48,034 bases of DNA, taken from IMG/VR virus record IMGVR_UViG_3300029079_000001; one strand, given 5' to 3'. The DNA comes from a virus (lineage: Duplodnaviria; Heunggongvirae; Uroviricota; Caudoviricetes). This document shows positions 19,015 to 28,161 of this stretch, in pieces; the stretch's first letter is position 1, and each line of letters starts with the position of its first letter. The notes beneath the pieces are model-generated. The model saw nothing but the letters and a program-made list of their open reading frames with translations. It ran no database searches and was not told where the DNA came from. The position numbers were made by a program, and so were the translations under genes.

Positions 19015-19056
19015 TTATAGCTGGCTATAAAATTTATTTATTATAGCTAGCTTTAA
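19015..19056. promoter_or_regulatory. Immunity operator sites between cB and cro
   Basis: 16-bp palindromes TTATAGCTGGCTATAA (19015..19030) and TTATAGCTAGCTTTAA (19041..19056). Confidence 0.7.
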
Positions 19057-19083
19057 TTGTTGTTTATTGTTTATAATAACAAC

Positions 19084-19305
19084 ATGAAACCAGAAGAACT
19101 TATTCGCCACTTTGGCAGTGTAGAAAAAGCAGCGGCAGGGGTAGGTGTAACACCCGGAGCTGTTTACCAATGGTTAACCGCTGGAGAGATTCCTTCATTG
19201 CGGCAAAGCGATATTGAAGTTCGTACTGCTTATAAGCTGAAGAGTGACTTTACAACTCGGCGGGTAAAGCAGTCGATTAAGGAGAGTCGTAAGCGTGGAG
19301 CTTGA
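19084..19305 (+). CDS. cro: Cro-like HTH regulator
   Basis: 73 aa from ATG 19084 (the ORF track uses upstream TTG 19057); HTH AAGVGVTPGAVYQWL; divergent from cB. Confidence 0.7.
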   Translation: MKPEELIRHFGSVEKAAAGVGVTPGAVYQWLTAGEIPSLRQSDIEVRTAYKLKSDFTTRRVKQSIKESRKRGA

Positions 19306-20005
19306 GTATATACGCAGCTGCGTCTCTACGGCATTGGCTGATGTTCATTATCGCCAGCGTGGCATTCTGGAGGTCCAGCTTGAGCAGATGCGTCTCGGTA
19401 GATCAGGACGGTTTAACAATAAACCAGTCCGCTCAATCAGTGTGGGGGATGATAACTCATACGAAGTGTCCGTTCCTGCTGAGCCGGTTAGATTCCACCA
19501 GGGGAAAACATTTAAACAATCATCAATGTTGCTCACTGATATTGATTTTCAGAGCGCCAGCTGGCGCAGGGCTATTGGTCAGTTGAATAACGAGGAATCA
19601 GCCTGGCTTTATTATTGCTACGGATGCAAGCCTGATTACAACAATGATGTGATTGTTTGTCAGTGGTTATGGCTTGATTTTCTGGTTGCTCATTCGGGGG
19701 GCGGCTTTAAAAAAATGAAGGCCTCCACGAAAAAAGCCATGCGGAAATTGATTTATTACGCGGCACAGCAGGTTAAATCAGAACTTACGTGTGCTGAGTC
19801 AGTTGATGAGAGAGAACAGGACAGGCATCTGAGTTTTCTACTGAATATATCTATTGATAGCTGGAGACAAGATTATAAAGAACGCTGGCTTTTAATTAAG
19901 TCGCGATGTCTGAGCTTAAATCGAACTGCATTATTAAATGCGGCGGAGAAGCGCAGTGAAATCATCAAACGCCATCGGGCAGGAAGTGCCATTCTGCCTT
20001 TGTAA
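19295..20005 (+). CDS. Hypothetical early protein (236 aa), possibly a Q-like late regulator
   Basis: Directly follows cro; Cys-containing YYCYGCKPDY region; assignment is by position only. Confidence 0.35.
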   Translation: MELEYIRSCVSTALADVHYRQRGILEVQLEQMRLGRSGRFNNKPVRSISVGDDNSYEVSVPAEPVRFHQGKTFKQSSMLLTDIDFQSASWRRAIGQLNNEESAWLYYCYGCKPDYNNDVIVCQWLWLDFLVAHSGGGFKKMKASTKKAMRKLIYYAAQQVKSELTCAESVDEREQDRHLSFLLNISIDSWRQDYKERWLLIKSRCLSLNRTALLNAAEKRSEIIKRHRAGSAILPL

Positions 20006-20012
20006 ACAAGTT

Positions 20013-20258
20013 ATGTTCAGGAAACCGTCGAAGCCAGAATTAAGGTATTCGGGGGTAAGAAATGAATATGTTATCTGGTGTCCAACTTGTGGTTACAGGA
20101 CACGACCAGATAGTAATAAGCAGTCTGTAATTGCCGATTGGTATTTATCAAATCAGCCAGGTAATAAGCATATAGAAAATCTTTGGATTAAGCGTTACTT
20201 GGAAATCAGAGAGGGTGCGACCGTGGTCGCACAAGAAAATGAAAATAACGCCATTTAA
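20013..20258 (+). CDS. Small zinc-ribbon protein
   Basis: ATG at 20013; CxxC pair in ...VIWCPTCGYRTRPD...; sopC-like site #2 lies near its 3' end. Confidence 0.45.
   Translation: MFRKPSKPELRYSGVRNEYVIWCPTCGYRTRPDSNKQSVIADWYLSNQPGNKHIENLWIKRYLEIREGATVVAQENENNAI
20215..20232. repeat. sopC-like centromere palindrome #2
   Basis: GTGCGACCGTGGTCGCAC. Confidence 0.6.
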
Positions 20259-20442
20259 GCAGGGGCCGATGACGCATGATGAAGCAGAGCGTCTTTCAGA
20301 TACTTATCGGCGGCGTGGTAAGAAAGTTCTGGTTGTTCGTTCTGATTTTTTAGGTGATGGATATTGCGTTTATGTTCATTTACCTGAATCAGAAAGAACG
20401 CCAAAGCCATCCAGAACATATCAACAGAAAATTTGGGTATAG
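20215..20442 (+). CDS. Hypothetical small protein
   Basis: ORF only; start ambiguous (alternative ATG at 20239). Confidence 0.35.
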   Translation: MRPWSHKKMKITPFKQGPMTHDEAERLSDTYRRRGKKVLVVRSDFLGDGYCVYVHLPESERTPKPSRTYQQKIWV

Positions 20443-20465
20443 ATAAACGTTGAGGAGAATTATTC

Positions 20466-21065
20466 GTGACTAATCAGATTATTTACGACAGGAAACGGTC
20501 TGATGTAATGATTGACCTTGAAGCAATGGGTACTAACACATGTGCTCCAATTGTTTCTATCGGGGCAGTGTTTTTTTCTCCAGAAAGTGAGGAATTAGGT
20601 CCTACTTTTTATGTGCCAGTGAATCTCAGAAGTTCGATGTTGAATGGTGGTGTCGCTGATGGTGATACTATTTTATGGTGGTTGAAACAGAGCAAGGAAG
20701 CCAGAGCCGCAATTTGTACTAATGATGCCCTTGATATTAAGGATGCACTTTTTGAATTATCACACTTTATTACTTGTCATGCATGTAATTTAAAAAAATT
20801 GAAAGTATGGGGAAATGGAGCAACGTTCGATAATGTAATTTTACGCGGTGCTTATGAGCGCGTTGGCTTAGCCTGTCCGTGGGAATATTTTAATGATCAG
20901 GATGTTCGAACAATCGTTAATCTTGGTCAGTTTATTGGTTTTAATCCTAAAAAAGATATGCCATTTGATGGCGAACGACACAATGCCCTGGCTGATGCTA
21001 TTCATCAGGCTAAATATGTATCCGCAATTTTCTCCCGTCTTGTAAAAGGGCAAGGAGAATCGTAA
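20466..21065 (+). CDS. DEDDh-type 3'-5' exonuclease (DnaQ-like fold)
   Basis: Exo motifs DLEAMG (N-terminal D-x-E) and HNALADA (H-x-x-x-x-D) near the C-terminus; GTG start with GAGGAG RBS. Confidence 0.6.
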   Translation: MTNQIIYDRKRSDVMIDLEAMGTNTCAPIVSIGAVFFSPESEELGPTFYVPVNLRSSMLNGGVADGDTILWWLKQSKEARAAICTNDALDIKDALFELSHFITCHACNLKKLKVWGNGATFDNVILRGAYERVGLACPWEYFNDQDVRTIVNLGQFIGFNPKKDMPFDGERHNALADAIHQAKYVSAIFSRLVKGQGES

Positions 21066-21484
21066 TGGCAAAGGCTTTTACACCAGAACAGAGGGAAGAA
21101 CTGAATAAACAAATTGTGGAACTCGTGCGCCTGAATGGACGAGGAACGGTTAGGCAACTTGCGGATGAAACTGGTATTAGCCGGTGTGCTGTTAGTCGTT
21201 TATCAAGAGAGCTTGCTGCCAGTGGTGATTTGTATATCTCTGGCTCCGGGATATTTCTGTCTGCACAAGCACGCAAGGACTGGCAAAACGCCCGTAAAAA
21301 ACTATCAAGAGTAAAGCCGAAGACATCGGTAGTGGTTGATCCAGACCTTATCTGGTCATTACCTGACGGAGAAATACGTCGTTACGACAGGCGCTTGAAC
21401 ATGATTTGTCACGATTGCCGGAAAAGTGAAGTTATGCAGCGTGTGCTGGCTTTTTATCAGGGAAATTTTCAGGAGGTGGCGTAG
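21065..21484 (+). CDS. Putative winged-helix/HTH DNA-binding protein
   Basis: GTVRQLADETGISRCAVSRLSREL helix-turn-helix-like segment. Confidence 0.45.
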   Translation: MAKAFTPEQREELNKQIVELVRLNGRGTVRQLADETGISRCAVSRLSRELAASGDLYISGSGIFLSAQARKDWQNARKKLSRVKPKTSVVVDPDLIWSLPDGEIRRYDRRLNMICHDCRKSEVMQRVLAFYQGNFQEVA

Positions 21485-21774
21485 TGAATATCGACACCAC
21501 GATAACGATCGATACGCTCCTAAATTCCGGTCTGGCACTTCTCGGTTGGCTTTACATCATGTCCCGTACATGGCGATGGCTGGGTTCCATTTTCCTGAAA
21601 CAGTGGAAAAAACGGCGCAAACAGGAACTACGCCAGAAGGCATTAGAAGCGTTCTATGACGCATTTGAACTTGGCAGCATTGAACCAGGCACAACAGCCA
21701 AGATAGCGACAAAAGGCGACCTGATGATAGTGATGTTCCGACAGGAGAGAGCAGAGAAAGGGGAATCAGCATGA
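21484..21774 (+). CDS. Small membrane-anchored hypothetical protein
   Basis: N-terminal hydrophobic segment LLNSGLALLGWLYIM. Confidence 0.4.
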   Translation: MNIDTTITIDTLLNSGLALLGWLYIMSRTWRWLGSIFLKQWKKRRKQELRQKALEAFYDAFELGSIEPGTTAKIATKGDLMIVMFRQERAEKGESA

Positions 21775-22349
21775 AATTTTCCAAATTTTCTGAGTTGGTG
21801 AATCGTATTTTGTCCAACAACCACAGCCATCGTCGCGATATGGATGTAACAATCGTTATTCATTCGCCTGGCAGCATTGGTTCAACACCTTCAGTTGAGG
21901 TTCAGTCAATTCACGCTGGTTTTGATTGGGATTCCGGGAAAGTGCTTATTTTCCCATCACAGCCACTGACCACGCTAACACCAGAACAGATTACTGATAT
22001 CACTGATAGTGTGCGCAAAGGTCAGTCCTGGCACGCATATCAGGAATACAAAAAGCATAAAGAGCAGTTGGAAAAATTGTCTATTGAGCTGGAAGCTGCA
22101 AGAAAGCGAATTTCAGAACAGGGAAATAAAGTAATACCAGTGTCAGCTGAATTGCCACCTGCAAATGAAAGTGTTCTGTTATTTGATGCTAACGGAGAAG
22201 GCTGGCTGATTGGCTGGCGTTCTCTCTGGTACACCTGGGGACAAAAGGAAACCGGAGAATGGCAGTGGACATTTCAGATCGGGGATCTTGAAAACGTCAA
22301 TATCACTCACTGGGCAGTAATACCAAAGGCACCGGAGGCAGGGGCATAA
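21771..22349 (+). CDS. Hypothetical protein (192 aa)
   Basis: ORF in an overlapping-stop/start operon. Confidence 0.45.
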   Translation: MKFSKFSELVNRILSNNHSHRRDMDVTIVIHSPGSIGSTPSVEVQSIHAGFDWDSGKVLIFPSQPLTTLTPEQITDITDSVRKGQSWHAYQEYKKHKEQLEKLSIELEAARKRISEQGNKVIPVSAELPPANESVLLFDANGEGWLIGWRSLWYTWGQKETGEWQWTFQIGDLENVNITHWAVIPKAPEAGA

Positions 22350-22762
22350 TGACCACATTTACCGACAAAGAACTGATTAAAGAAATCAAAGAGCGCATAG
22401 GCAGTCTGGATGTGCGAGACAATATTGAGCGCCGTGCTTATGAAATTGCTTTGGTATCGCTGGAAGCAGAACCGGTGGCATGGCTGCATTCAGACAATGG
22501 CTTAGGTATTCCGGCAATAACACGGAGTAAAAACATTGCTGACAGTTGGTTATCAAAGGGCTGGTATGTTCAGTCGCTATATGTAGCCCAGCCACTGCCG
22601 GTGGTGCCGGATGATAATCGTATTCAGTTTTCTGTTTCACTTCCTGCAGCGTTTGGTGGAGATAAATATTTTATTGATGGTGTATTTCAACCTTTGAGAT
22701 ATGAGCGTGACTGTGAAAAAGCGGTTGTGGCCGCTGGCGGTGTAGTTAATTGGGTTAAGTAA
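22349..22762 (+). CDS. Hypothetical protein (137 aa)
   Basis: ATGA-coupled ORF. Confidence 0.45.
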   Translation: MTTFTDKELIKEIKERIGSLDVRDNIERRAYEIALVSLEAEPVAWLHSDNGLGIPAITRSKNIADSWLSKGWYVQSLYVAQPLPVVPDDNRIQFSVSLPAAFGGDKYFIDGVFQPLRYERDCEKAVVAAGGVVNWVK

Positions 22763-22777
22763 TTTTAAGGAGGATTT

Positions 22778-23104
22778 ATGGCGCTGACACCGGCAGAACG
22801 GCAAAGGAGACGCAGGGAACGGTTGAAGAAGGAAGGCACATCAAGACGGGACTGGATTCTGGAGCCTGACGAGTTACGTATGTTGGGAGAAATTTGTGTA
22901 TTGCGTAGACCGGGGCGAGTTCCATATTCAGAGAATGAAGTCATTGGTCTGCTGATCAGGAAAAACTATAAGGAACTGCAGAAGCAGCTATCTACTACTT
23001 GCCCACGATGTGGTCAAAAAATGCCTGTTTCAGAATGCATTTTTGATGGTGAAGACTCATGTCACCTTACAACTACGAGGCTGAAACTTGCGCTCAAAGT
23101 GTGA
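22778..23104 (+). CDS. Hypothetical basic protein with C-terminal CxxC motif
   Basis: Arg-rich N-terminus RQRRRRERLKK; CPRCG motif. Confidence 0.4.
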   Translation: MALTPAERQRRRRERLKKEGTSRRDWILEPDELRMLGEICVLRRPGRVPYSENEVIGLLIRKNYKELQKQLSTTCPRCGQKMPVSECIFDGEDSCHLTTTRLKLALKV

Positions 23105-23235
23105 CTGGTCACGGAATGATAAACGAAGCGAAAAGAGCTTTTCTTATGGTGATGATGGGCTTTTGTAGGTGGTTGAGTGAGGCGTAGGAAGAGAACATAA
23201 ATATCTGACTACAAAGCTATTAACCCAGTTAATCC

Positions 23236-23258
23236 ATTGAAAGTTGGCTATAAAATTT
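23236..23258. promoter_or_regulatory. Candidate CB operator half-site/promoter upstream of the 23309 gene
   Basis: GGCTATAAAATTT is identical to the right half of the 19015 operator. Confidence 0.45.
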
Positions 23259-23308
23259 GAGTTTTAACCTGTAATTTTATACAGTATCAAATAACCTTTT
23301 TTAATTAA

Positions 23309-23527
23309 ATGGTATTAGATTCAATGACTGAAGCATCTGTATCAACTCTTGAAGAACTCGAATCAAACCTAAAAGACATCGACGCCGTTTTGGATCTGGT
23401 TAGCGTTGCTCTGGCTTCTCCCGAAGCTAGCTTGCATCTTGGCGAGATTTCACGGCTTGTTAGTATGTCGCGGGAGATTGCTCAGAATTGCCAACAAGCG
23501 ATTGCTGTTGAGTGTTTACATCATTGA
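23309..23527 (+). CDS. Hypothetical acidic small protein (72 aa), candidate repressor-controlled early/anti-immunity function
   Basis: ORF downstream of the operator-like site. Confidence 0.4.
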   Translation: MVLDSMTEASVSTLEELESNLKDIDAVLDLVSVALASPEASLHLGEISRLVSMSREIAQNCQQAIAVECLHH

Positions 23528-23570
23528 TACACACCCCGCCCTTCTGGACGGGGTAGCGAAAAGTGATTAA

Positions 23571-23858
23571 TCAATAGACGGCATTAATATTAATCGTTGC
23601 GCCACATGCTTGGGCATATTTTGATAAAGTTTTCATGCTTGCTCCTAAAGGATTGCTTTCCAGGCGGCTGATGGCGGACGGGCGCAAGCCCATTCTTTCT
23701 GCCAGAGCTGACTTCGTTAAACCTGCTCTTTCCCTCATTTCGTATAACATTTCGACCATCTCCAGTTCTTTATCGGCCTCTTCATATCCTTTGATAGCTT
23801 CTGGAGTGTTGAGTAGTTTTTCCTTTACTTCGTTAAACGGGATGCCTTTTGCTTTCAT
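23571..23858 (-). CDS. HTH (XRE-family) antitoxin, HigA-like
   Basis: 95 aa; HTH LTKSALAERMGLRPSAISRLES; start overlaps the upstream toxin stop. Confidence 0.65.
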   Translation of the reverse strand: MKAKGIPFNEVKEKLLNTPEAIKGYEEADKELEMVEMLYEMRERAGLTKSALAERMGLRPSAISRLESNPLGASMKTLSKYAQACGATININAVY

Positions 23859-24169
23859 CAGTTCATCTCCTTCAGGCGAGTTCTGGCGATTTCTATAGCC
23901 TTTACTGGTGTTTTCTGTGTCTTTTTTACAAATGCATGCAATAGATAAATTTCGTTACCAGTCGCGTAGGCGTATAGCGTTCTTGCGATATTTTTATCCC
24001 CTACTCTTAGTTCAAAGAGTCCTCCGCCTATTACACGGCTATGGGGCATCTTAAGTTTGTTTCCTTCTTTCTCAAGCCGTTCAATTAGCCTGGTCATGCG
24101 ACCTCGCAGATCGTCTGGTAGTTCAAGCAGTTCATCCAGTGCTGCAGGGTGGGTTATCACGTTAAACAT
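23858..24169 (-). CDS. RelE/ParE-superfamily toxin, Gp49/HigB-2-like
   Basis: 103 aa from ATG 24169 with AGGAGG RBS; toxin-upstream-of-antitoxin (hig-type) order; ...LFELRVGDKNIARTLYAY... core. Confidence 0.55.
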   Translation of the reverse strand: MFNVITHPAALDELLELPDDLRGRMTRLIERLEKEGNKLKMPHSRVIGGGLFELRVGDKNIARTLYAYATGNEIYLLHAFVKKTQKTPVKAIEIARTRLKEMN

Positions 24170-24227
24170 ATTATAGCCTCCTAACGCGCAAAATACACCA
24201 AAACGAGAAAACATTGCAAACATAAAA

Positions 24228-24245
24228 TTTCACTAAAAAGTGAAA
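24228..24245. promoter_or_regulatory. Palindromic operator in the toxin-antitoxin promoter
   Basis: TTTCAC-TAAAAA-GTGAAA inverted repeat 60 bp upstream of the toxin start. Confidence 0.5.
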
Positions 24246-24315
24246 AATAACGCTGGATGTGTTCGTTTGGCAGAGTTACAGTTCGTGTTGTTGAGGGGGA
24301 TAACCCACTAACTGT

Positions 24316-24555
24316 ATGAATTTGGAGGATATTATGAATTATCAAGGTAACGAAAAAATGCGCGACGACGTTGCTGAGATAGCTAACGAACTGTATGAGT
24401 TGTGGCAGAAGGTTGAACGTTTCGAAAAGGAATATGGTTTCAACAGTACCAACCTAGCAGACCGACTGGCTGGTCGCTTAGTTGGGACTATGGGGCCAAA
24501 ACTGGCTGAGTTGAACCGCTTTATGGCTGATGTTGATTTCCAGTTTCAAGATTGA
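24316..24555 (+). CDS. Hypothetical protein (79 aa)
   Basis: ORF with GGAGG RBS. Confidence 0.45.
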   Translation: MNLEDIMNYQGNEKMRDDVAEIANELYELWQKVERFEKEYGFNSTNLADRLAGRLVGTMGPKLAELNRFMADVDFQFQD

Positions 24556-24568
24556 TTAGAGAGGCGTT

Positions 24569-24796
24569 ATGAATATTAATGAAATTCGTGGAAATATGAC
24601 TGAAGCGGCCCTGAGTGTGGAATGTGTTATGCGTGGATACCCACGCATTTCCCTGAAAGAGTTAAGCGAAGCCTGTTTTTTGAGTCAAGTTGCCGTTGAA
24701 TTTATCATCGAACAGATGATCTGTTTTGGGGTTGCAAAGCGTAGTGGATCTGGTCGATATTCTTTGACCGATGAATATAAGCAGGCAACTTTCTAA
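24569..24796 (+). CDS. Hypothetical protein (75 aa)
   Basis: ORF; followed by sopC-like site #3 and terminator hairpins. Confidence 0.45.
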   Translation: MNINEIRGNMTEAALSVECVMRGYPRISLKELSEACFLSQVAVEFIIEQMICFGVAKRSGSGRYSLTDEYKQATF

Positions 24797-24800
24797 AAAC

Positions 24801-24818
24801 TGTGCGACCACGGTCGCA
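24801..24818. repeat. sopC-like centromere palindrome #3
   Basis: GTGCGACCACGGTCGCAC (intergenic). Confidence 0.6.
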
Positions 24819-24904
24819 CAGCACAAAAACGAAAAAGCTTGGCAAAATGACGGTTTTTAGTTATTGTTTTGTTAAGTTGGGTTTTTTGTACCCAACAGCC
24901 AACA

Positions 24905-24935
24905 AGCCGCCTTTATGGCGGTTTTTTTGTGCCTG
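24905..24935 (+). terminator. Intrinsic terminator(s) after the 24316..24796 genes
   Basis: AGCCGCC-TTTA-TGGCGG followed by TTTTTTT; a second hairpin GTTGGGT...ACCCAAC lies upstream. Confidence 0.55.
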
Positions 24936-25063
24936 AAAAGTGGGCGCAGGACAATTTGCAGCTTGTCCTGCGGTCAACCCATGCCAGAGCTATAGGCTGA
25001 ACCTAAAGCCCACCCGCGATGCGCATCGCCGGGTTAGCTTACCCAGGCAAAAAAATAATAGCT

Positions 25064-26140
25064 ATGTTCAAAACCACTAATATTCATGGCGCACAACTCG
25101 TTTGCGCAGATTCTCTGCAATTTATCAAAACCATCCCTGATAACTCGGTCAATTTGATTGCAACAGACCCACCATACTTCGGCGTAAAGGCTAACGCATG
25201 GGATAACCAGTGGGATAGCGATGCTGACTTTTTGGGGTGGATTGACGAATTTTTGGCAGAATTTTGGCGGATATTGGCCCCTAATGGCAGCCTGTATATG
25301 TTTACCGGCTCTCGCCTTGCGTCAAAAATTGAATTATTAACTCGCGACCGTTTCAATGTTCTGAACCATATCATTTGGGCTAAACCCAGTGGTATGTGGC
25401 GCGGTTGTCATAAAGAAAGTTTAAGGGCTTATTTTCCTGCTACTGAAAGAATATTATTTGCAGAGCATTACGGCGCGTCAGGTTATGCTAAAGGTCAGTC
25501 AGGTTATGCTTCAAAATGTGCAGATTTAAGAAAAAATATTTTTTCTCCACTAATTGATGCTTTTTCGCTGGCTCGCCGTCAGTTAGATATATCAGCCGCA
25601 GACATTAATTCAGCGACAGGAAAGCAGATGTGTTCGCACTGGTTTTCTTATTCGCAGTGGCGGCTTCCATCATTAATTGATTTTAATAAACTATGCGAAT
25701 TATTTCGCAGGAAGGCAGATTCACTCGGTGTCCCGTGTCCATATCCTTTTAATGTTGATTATTCAGAACATGAAAAGCGTTATAGCGATCTGAAATTGCA
25801 TTATGAGGAAGTAAAGAAGCAGTATGATGATTTGAAGGCTCAGTATGAAAATTTGCGCCGCCCATTTCATGTTACTGCTGATGTACCTTATACCGATGTA
25901 TGGGAGTTTCCTCCTGTGCAATATTATCCTGGCAAGCACCCATGTGAAAAACCTGCAGCGATGATGGAACATATTATAAAGAGTAGTTCACGCCCCGGAG
26001 ATATCGTTGCCGATTTCTTTATGGGATCAGGCTCAACTATTAAAGCTGCGCTGAAGTTAGGACGTCAGGCAATAGGTATTGAGATTGAGGGCGAACGTTA
26101 TCTTCAGACAGTTGATGAAGTGAAAAAGTTATTTGAGTAA
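25064..26140 (+). CDS. Orphan N6-adenine (beta-class, CcrM-like order) DNA methyltransferase
   Basis: DPPY catalytic motif (IATDPPYFG) N-terminal to the AdoMet motif FFMGSGST; ATG 25064 preferred over the longer 25019 frame. Confidence 0.75.
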   Translation: MFKTTNIHGAQLVCADSLQFIKTIPDNSVNLIATDPPYFGVKANAWDNQWDSDADFLGWIDEFLAEFWRILAPNGSLYMFTGSRLASKIELLTRDRFNVLNHIIWAKPSGMWRGCHKESLRAYFPATERILFAEHYGASGYAKGQSGYASKCADLRKNIFSPLIDAFSLARRQLDISAADINSATGKQMCSHWFSYSQWRLPSLIDFNKLCELFRRKADSLGVPCPYPFNVDYSEHEKRYSDLKLHYEEVKKQYDDLKAQYENLRRPFHVTADVPYTDVWEFPPVQYYPGKHPCEKPAAMMEHIIKSSSRPGDIVADFFMGSGSTIKAALKLGRQAIGIEIEGERYLQTVDEVKKLFE

Positions 26141-26154
26141 CTGGAGAATATATT

Positions 26155-26184
26155 CCCCTGCCGTTTTTGGTAGGGGTTATTTTT
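26155..26184 (+). terminator. Intrinsic terminator between the methylase and the lysis cassette
   Basis: CCCCTGCC-GTTTTT-GGTAGGGG followed by TTATTTTT. Confidence 0.55.
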
Positions 26185-26235
26185 GCCATATAGTTTCCAA
26201 GCCGAAACCTCAGCAACTATTGCGAGGTAAGAGAT

Positions 26236-26508
26236 ATGAAGATGGATGAACGATACAGCAGTGCATCTTATGGTAGCGCTGGTCTTGCTGCGTTCTTTGC
26301 CAGCCTGTCATTGCAGGATTGGGGCTTCATTATCGGTGTCGCGTTCAGCATTATCCTCGGTGTGCTTACATACCGGCTCAATAAACGCGAGCAGATGAAG
26401 CGCACGAAGATATTGCAGGACATATTGGATAAAACTAATACCAATAATCTTTCTGCTACAGCGATGGTTATTGGAGAGCTGGGGAAGAGAGCACCGAAGG
26501 AAATATGA
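26236..26508 (+). CDS. Class II holin (pinholin S21-like), MKM dual-start motif
   Basis: 90 aa; two TM segments ([27 protein letters not shown]); start overlaps into the endolysin gene. Confidence 0.7.
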   Translation: MKMDERYSSASYGSAGLAAFFASLSLQDWGFIIGVAFSIILGVLTYRLNKREQMKRTKILQDILDKTNTNNLSATAMVIGELGKRAPKEI

Positions 26509-27005
26509 TGCAGTCATCATTACGCAAAGCTGTCACAGTTGCTATTGGTGGCGGGGCTATTGCCATAGCGTCTATGCTCATCACTGGCCCAAGTGGTAAC
26601 GATGGTCTGGAAGGTGTCAGTTACATACCATACAAAGATATTGTTGGCGTATGGACTGTATGTTACGGACACACCGGAAAAGACATCATGCTAGGTAAAA
26701 CGTATACCGAAGCAGAATGCAAAGCTCTCCTGAATAAAGACCTTGCCACTGTCGCCAGACAAATTAATCCGTACATCAAAGTCGATATACCGGAAACAAC
26801 GCGCGGCGCTCTTTACTCGTTCGTTTACAACGTGGGCGCTGGCAATTTCAGAACATCGACGCTTCTTCGCAAAATAAACCAGGGCGATATCAAGGGCGCA
26901 TGTGACCAGCTACGTCGCTGGACATACGCTGGCGGTAAGCAATGGAAAGGGCTGATGACTCGCCGTGAGATTGAGCGTGAAGTCTGTTTGCGGGGGCAAC
27001 AATGA
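26505..27005 (+). CDS. SAR endolysin (phage lysozyme, T4-lysozyme-like fold)
   Basis: 166 aa; Gly/Ala-rich N-terminal signal-anchor [19 protein letters not shown]; lysozyme core ...[11 protein letters not shown]... Confidence 0.8.
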   Translation: MMQSSLRKAVTVAIGGGAIAIASMLITGPSGNDGLEGVSYIPYKDIVGVWTVCYGHTGKDIMLGKTYTEAECKALLNKDLATVARQINPYIKVDIPETTRGALYSFVYNVGAGNFRTSTLLRKINQGDIKGACDQLRRWTYAGGKQWKGLMTRREIEREVCLRGQQ

Positions 27006-27093
27006 GCATGATTTGCTTTTTCATGGCAGCGTTGCTCGCATTCAATGGCAACGATGCGTGGCCGTGGTTTCTGGCCGTTGGAGTGTTGATGTC

Positions 27094-27555
27094 ATGAGTC
27101 GGTTAACCGCGATTATCTCCGCTCTGGTTATCTGCATCATCGTCTGCCTGTCATGGGCTGTTAATCATTACCGTGATAACGCCATCTCCTACAAAGAGCA
27201 GCGCGACAAAAACGCCAGAGAGTTGAAGCTGGCGAACGCCACCATCAAAGACATGCAGATCCGCCAGCGTGATGTAGCGGCTCTGGATGCCAAATACACG
27301 AAGGACTTAGCTGATGCTAAAAAGCAGCTTGATGATTTGCAGCGTTGTGTTCGCACTGGCAAGTGTGGGCTGCACCTCAACGCCAGATGTCCCGCGAACG
27401 GAGCGACCATCACCGGCGGCCTGGGCGATGCTACCGGCCCCCGACTTACTGACTCCGCTGAACGGGATTATTTCATCCTCAGAGAGCGAATCGTCACAGT
27501 GACGAAACAGGTTGGATATTTGCAGGAGTACATCAGGACGCAATGCCTGAATTAA
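27094..27555 (+). CDS. Rz: Spanin inner-membrane subunit Rz
   Basis: 153 aa from ATG 27094; N-terminal [17 protein letters not shown]; coiled-coil body; closely matches recalled lambda Rz. Confidence 0.85.
   Translation: MSRLTAIISALVICIIVCLSWAVNHYRDNAISYKEQRDKNARELKLANATIKDMQIRQRDVAALDAKYTKDLADAKKQLDDLQRCVRTGKCGLHLNARCPANGATITGGLGDATGPRLTDSAERDYFILRERIVTVTKQVGYLQEYIRTQCLN
27314..27502 (+). CDS. Rz1: Spanin outer-membrane lipoprotein Rz1 (embedded in Rz, +1 frame)
   Basis: 62 aa; lipobox LASVGC; Pro-rich. Confidence 0.8.
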   Translation: MLKSSLMICSVVFALASVGCTSTPDVPRTERPSPAAWAMLPAPDLLTPLNGIISSSESESSQ

Positions 27556-27596
27556 TTCCTCTGCATCAAAAACTAACTTAATTTGTTGGATAGTGA

Positions 27597-27923
27597 ATGA
27601 AAATTTATATTTCCGGACCAATGACGGGATATGAGAATTTTAATCGTGACGCCTTTAATAAAGAGGCTGAGCGTTTATCACGTCATGCTCACGTAGTCCT
27701 GAACCCGGCGATTTTTCCTAATGGCCTGACACAACGTGCACACATGGAGATTTGCTTTGCAATGCTTCGCTGTGCTGATGCTATTTTGATGCTTCCTGGC
27801 TGGAAAACATCTGCCGGAGCCACTGCGGATTACCATTACGCATACAAGATGGGGATGCCGGTATTCACTACGCTGAATTATCCGCCAGCTTGTTCCTCGT
27901 GTGCGACCGTGGTCGCACGCTAA
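27597..27923 (+). CDS. DUF4406-like protein (nucleoside 2-deoxyribosyltransferase-like fold)
   Basis: MKIYISGPMTG... N-terminal signature; sopC-like site #4 lies in its last codons. Confidence 0.55.
   Translation: MKIYISGPMTGYENFNRDAFNKEAERLSRHAHVVLNPAIFPNGLTQRAHMEICFAMLRCADAILMLPGWKTSAGATADYHYAYKMGMPVFTTLNYPPACSSCATVVAR
27901..27918. repeat. sopC-like centromere palindrome #4
   Basis: GTGCGACCGTGGTCGCAC. Confidence 0.6.
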
Positions 27924-27928
27924 ATTCC

Positions 27929-27996
27929 GCGCTGCATCGTCGCCGTATTCCCGCATTAACTATGACCGTAGCCCGACGGGGAACTCCTCTGCGCGA
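27929..27996. repeat. Left copy of a ~68-bp direct repeat flanking the AT-rich cassette
   Basis: GCGCTGCATCGTCGCCGTATTCCCGCATTAACTATGACCGTAGCCCGACGGGGAACTCCTCTGCGCGAG; second copy at 29713..29780 with 4 mismatches. Confidence 0.8.
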
Positions 27997-28120
27997 GTGT
28001 GCGGAAATAATCAAAAACGATGCACACCGGGTTTTTACCGCGCTATTGATTCGCGGGTTTGTCCCTCATGCTCGCCAGTCCTGTGCGAGGGTGGAAGAAA
28101 CAGGGCATGTATTCAGGAGC

Positions 28121-28138
28121 GTGCGACCGTGGTTGCAC
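28121..28138. repeat. sopC-like centromere palindrome #5 (one mismatch)
   Basis: GTGCGACCGTGGTTGCAC. Confidence 0.5.
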
Positions 28139-28161
28139 GGTATCTTTGTCAGGAGGTTTTG

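Noticed and set aside
27901-28161. N-terminal 87 codons of the 373-aa ORF 27901..29022
   Set aside because: This part reads through the direct repeat and centromere-like palindromes and is GC-rich, unlike the rest of the gene; ATG 28162 has a canonical AGGAGG RBS.
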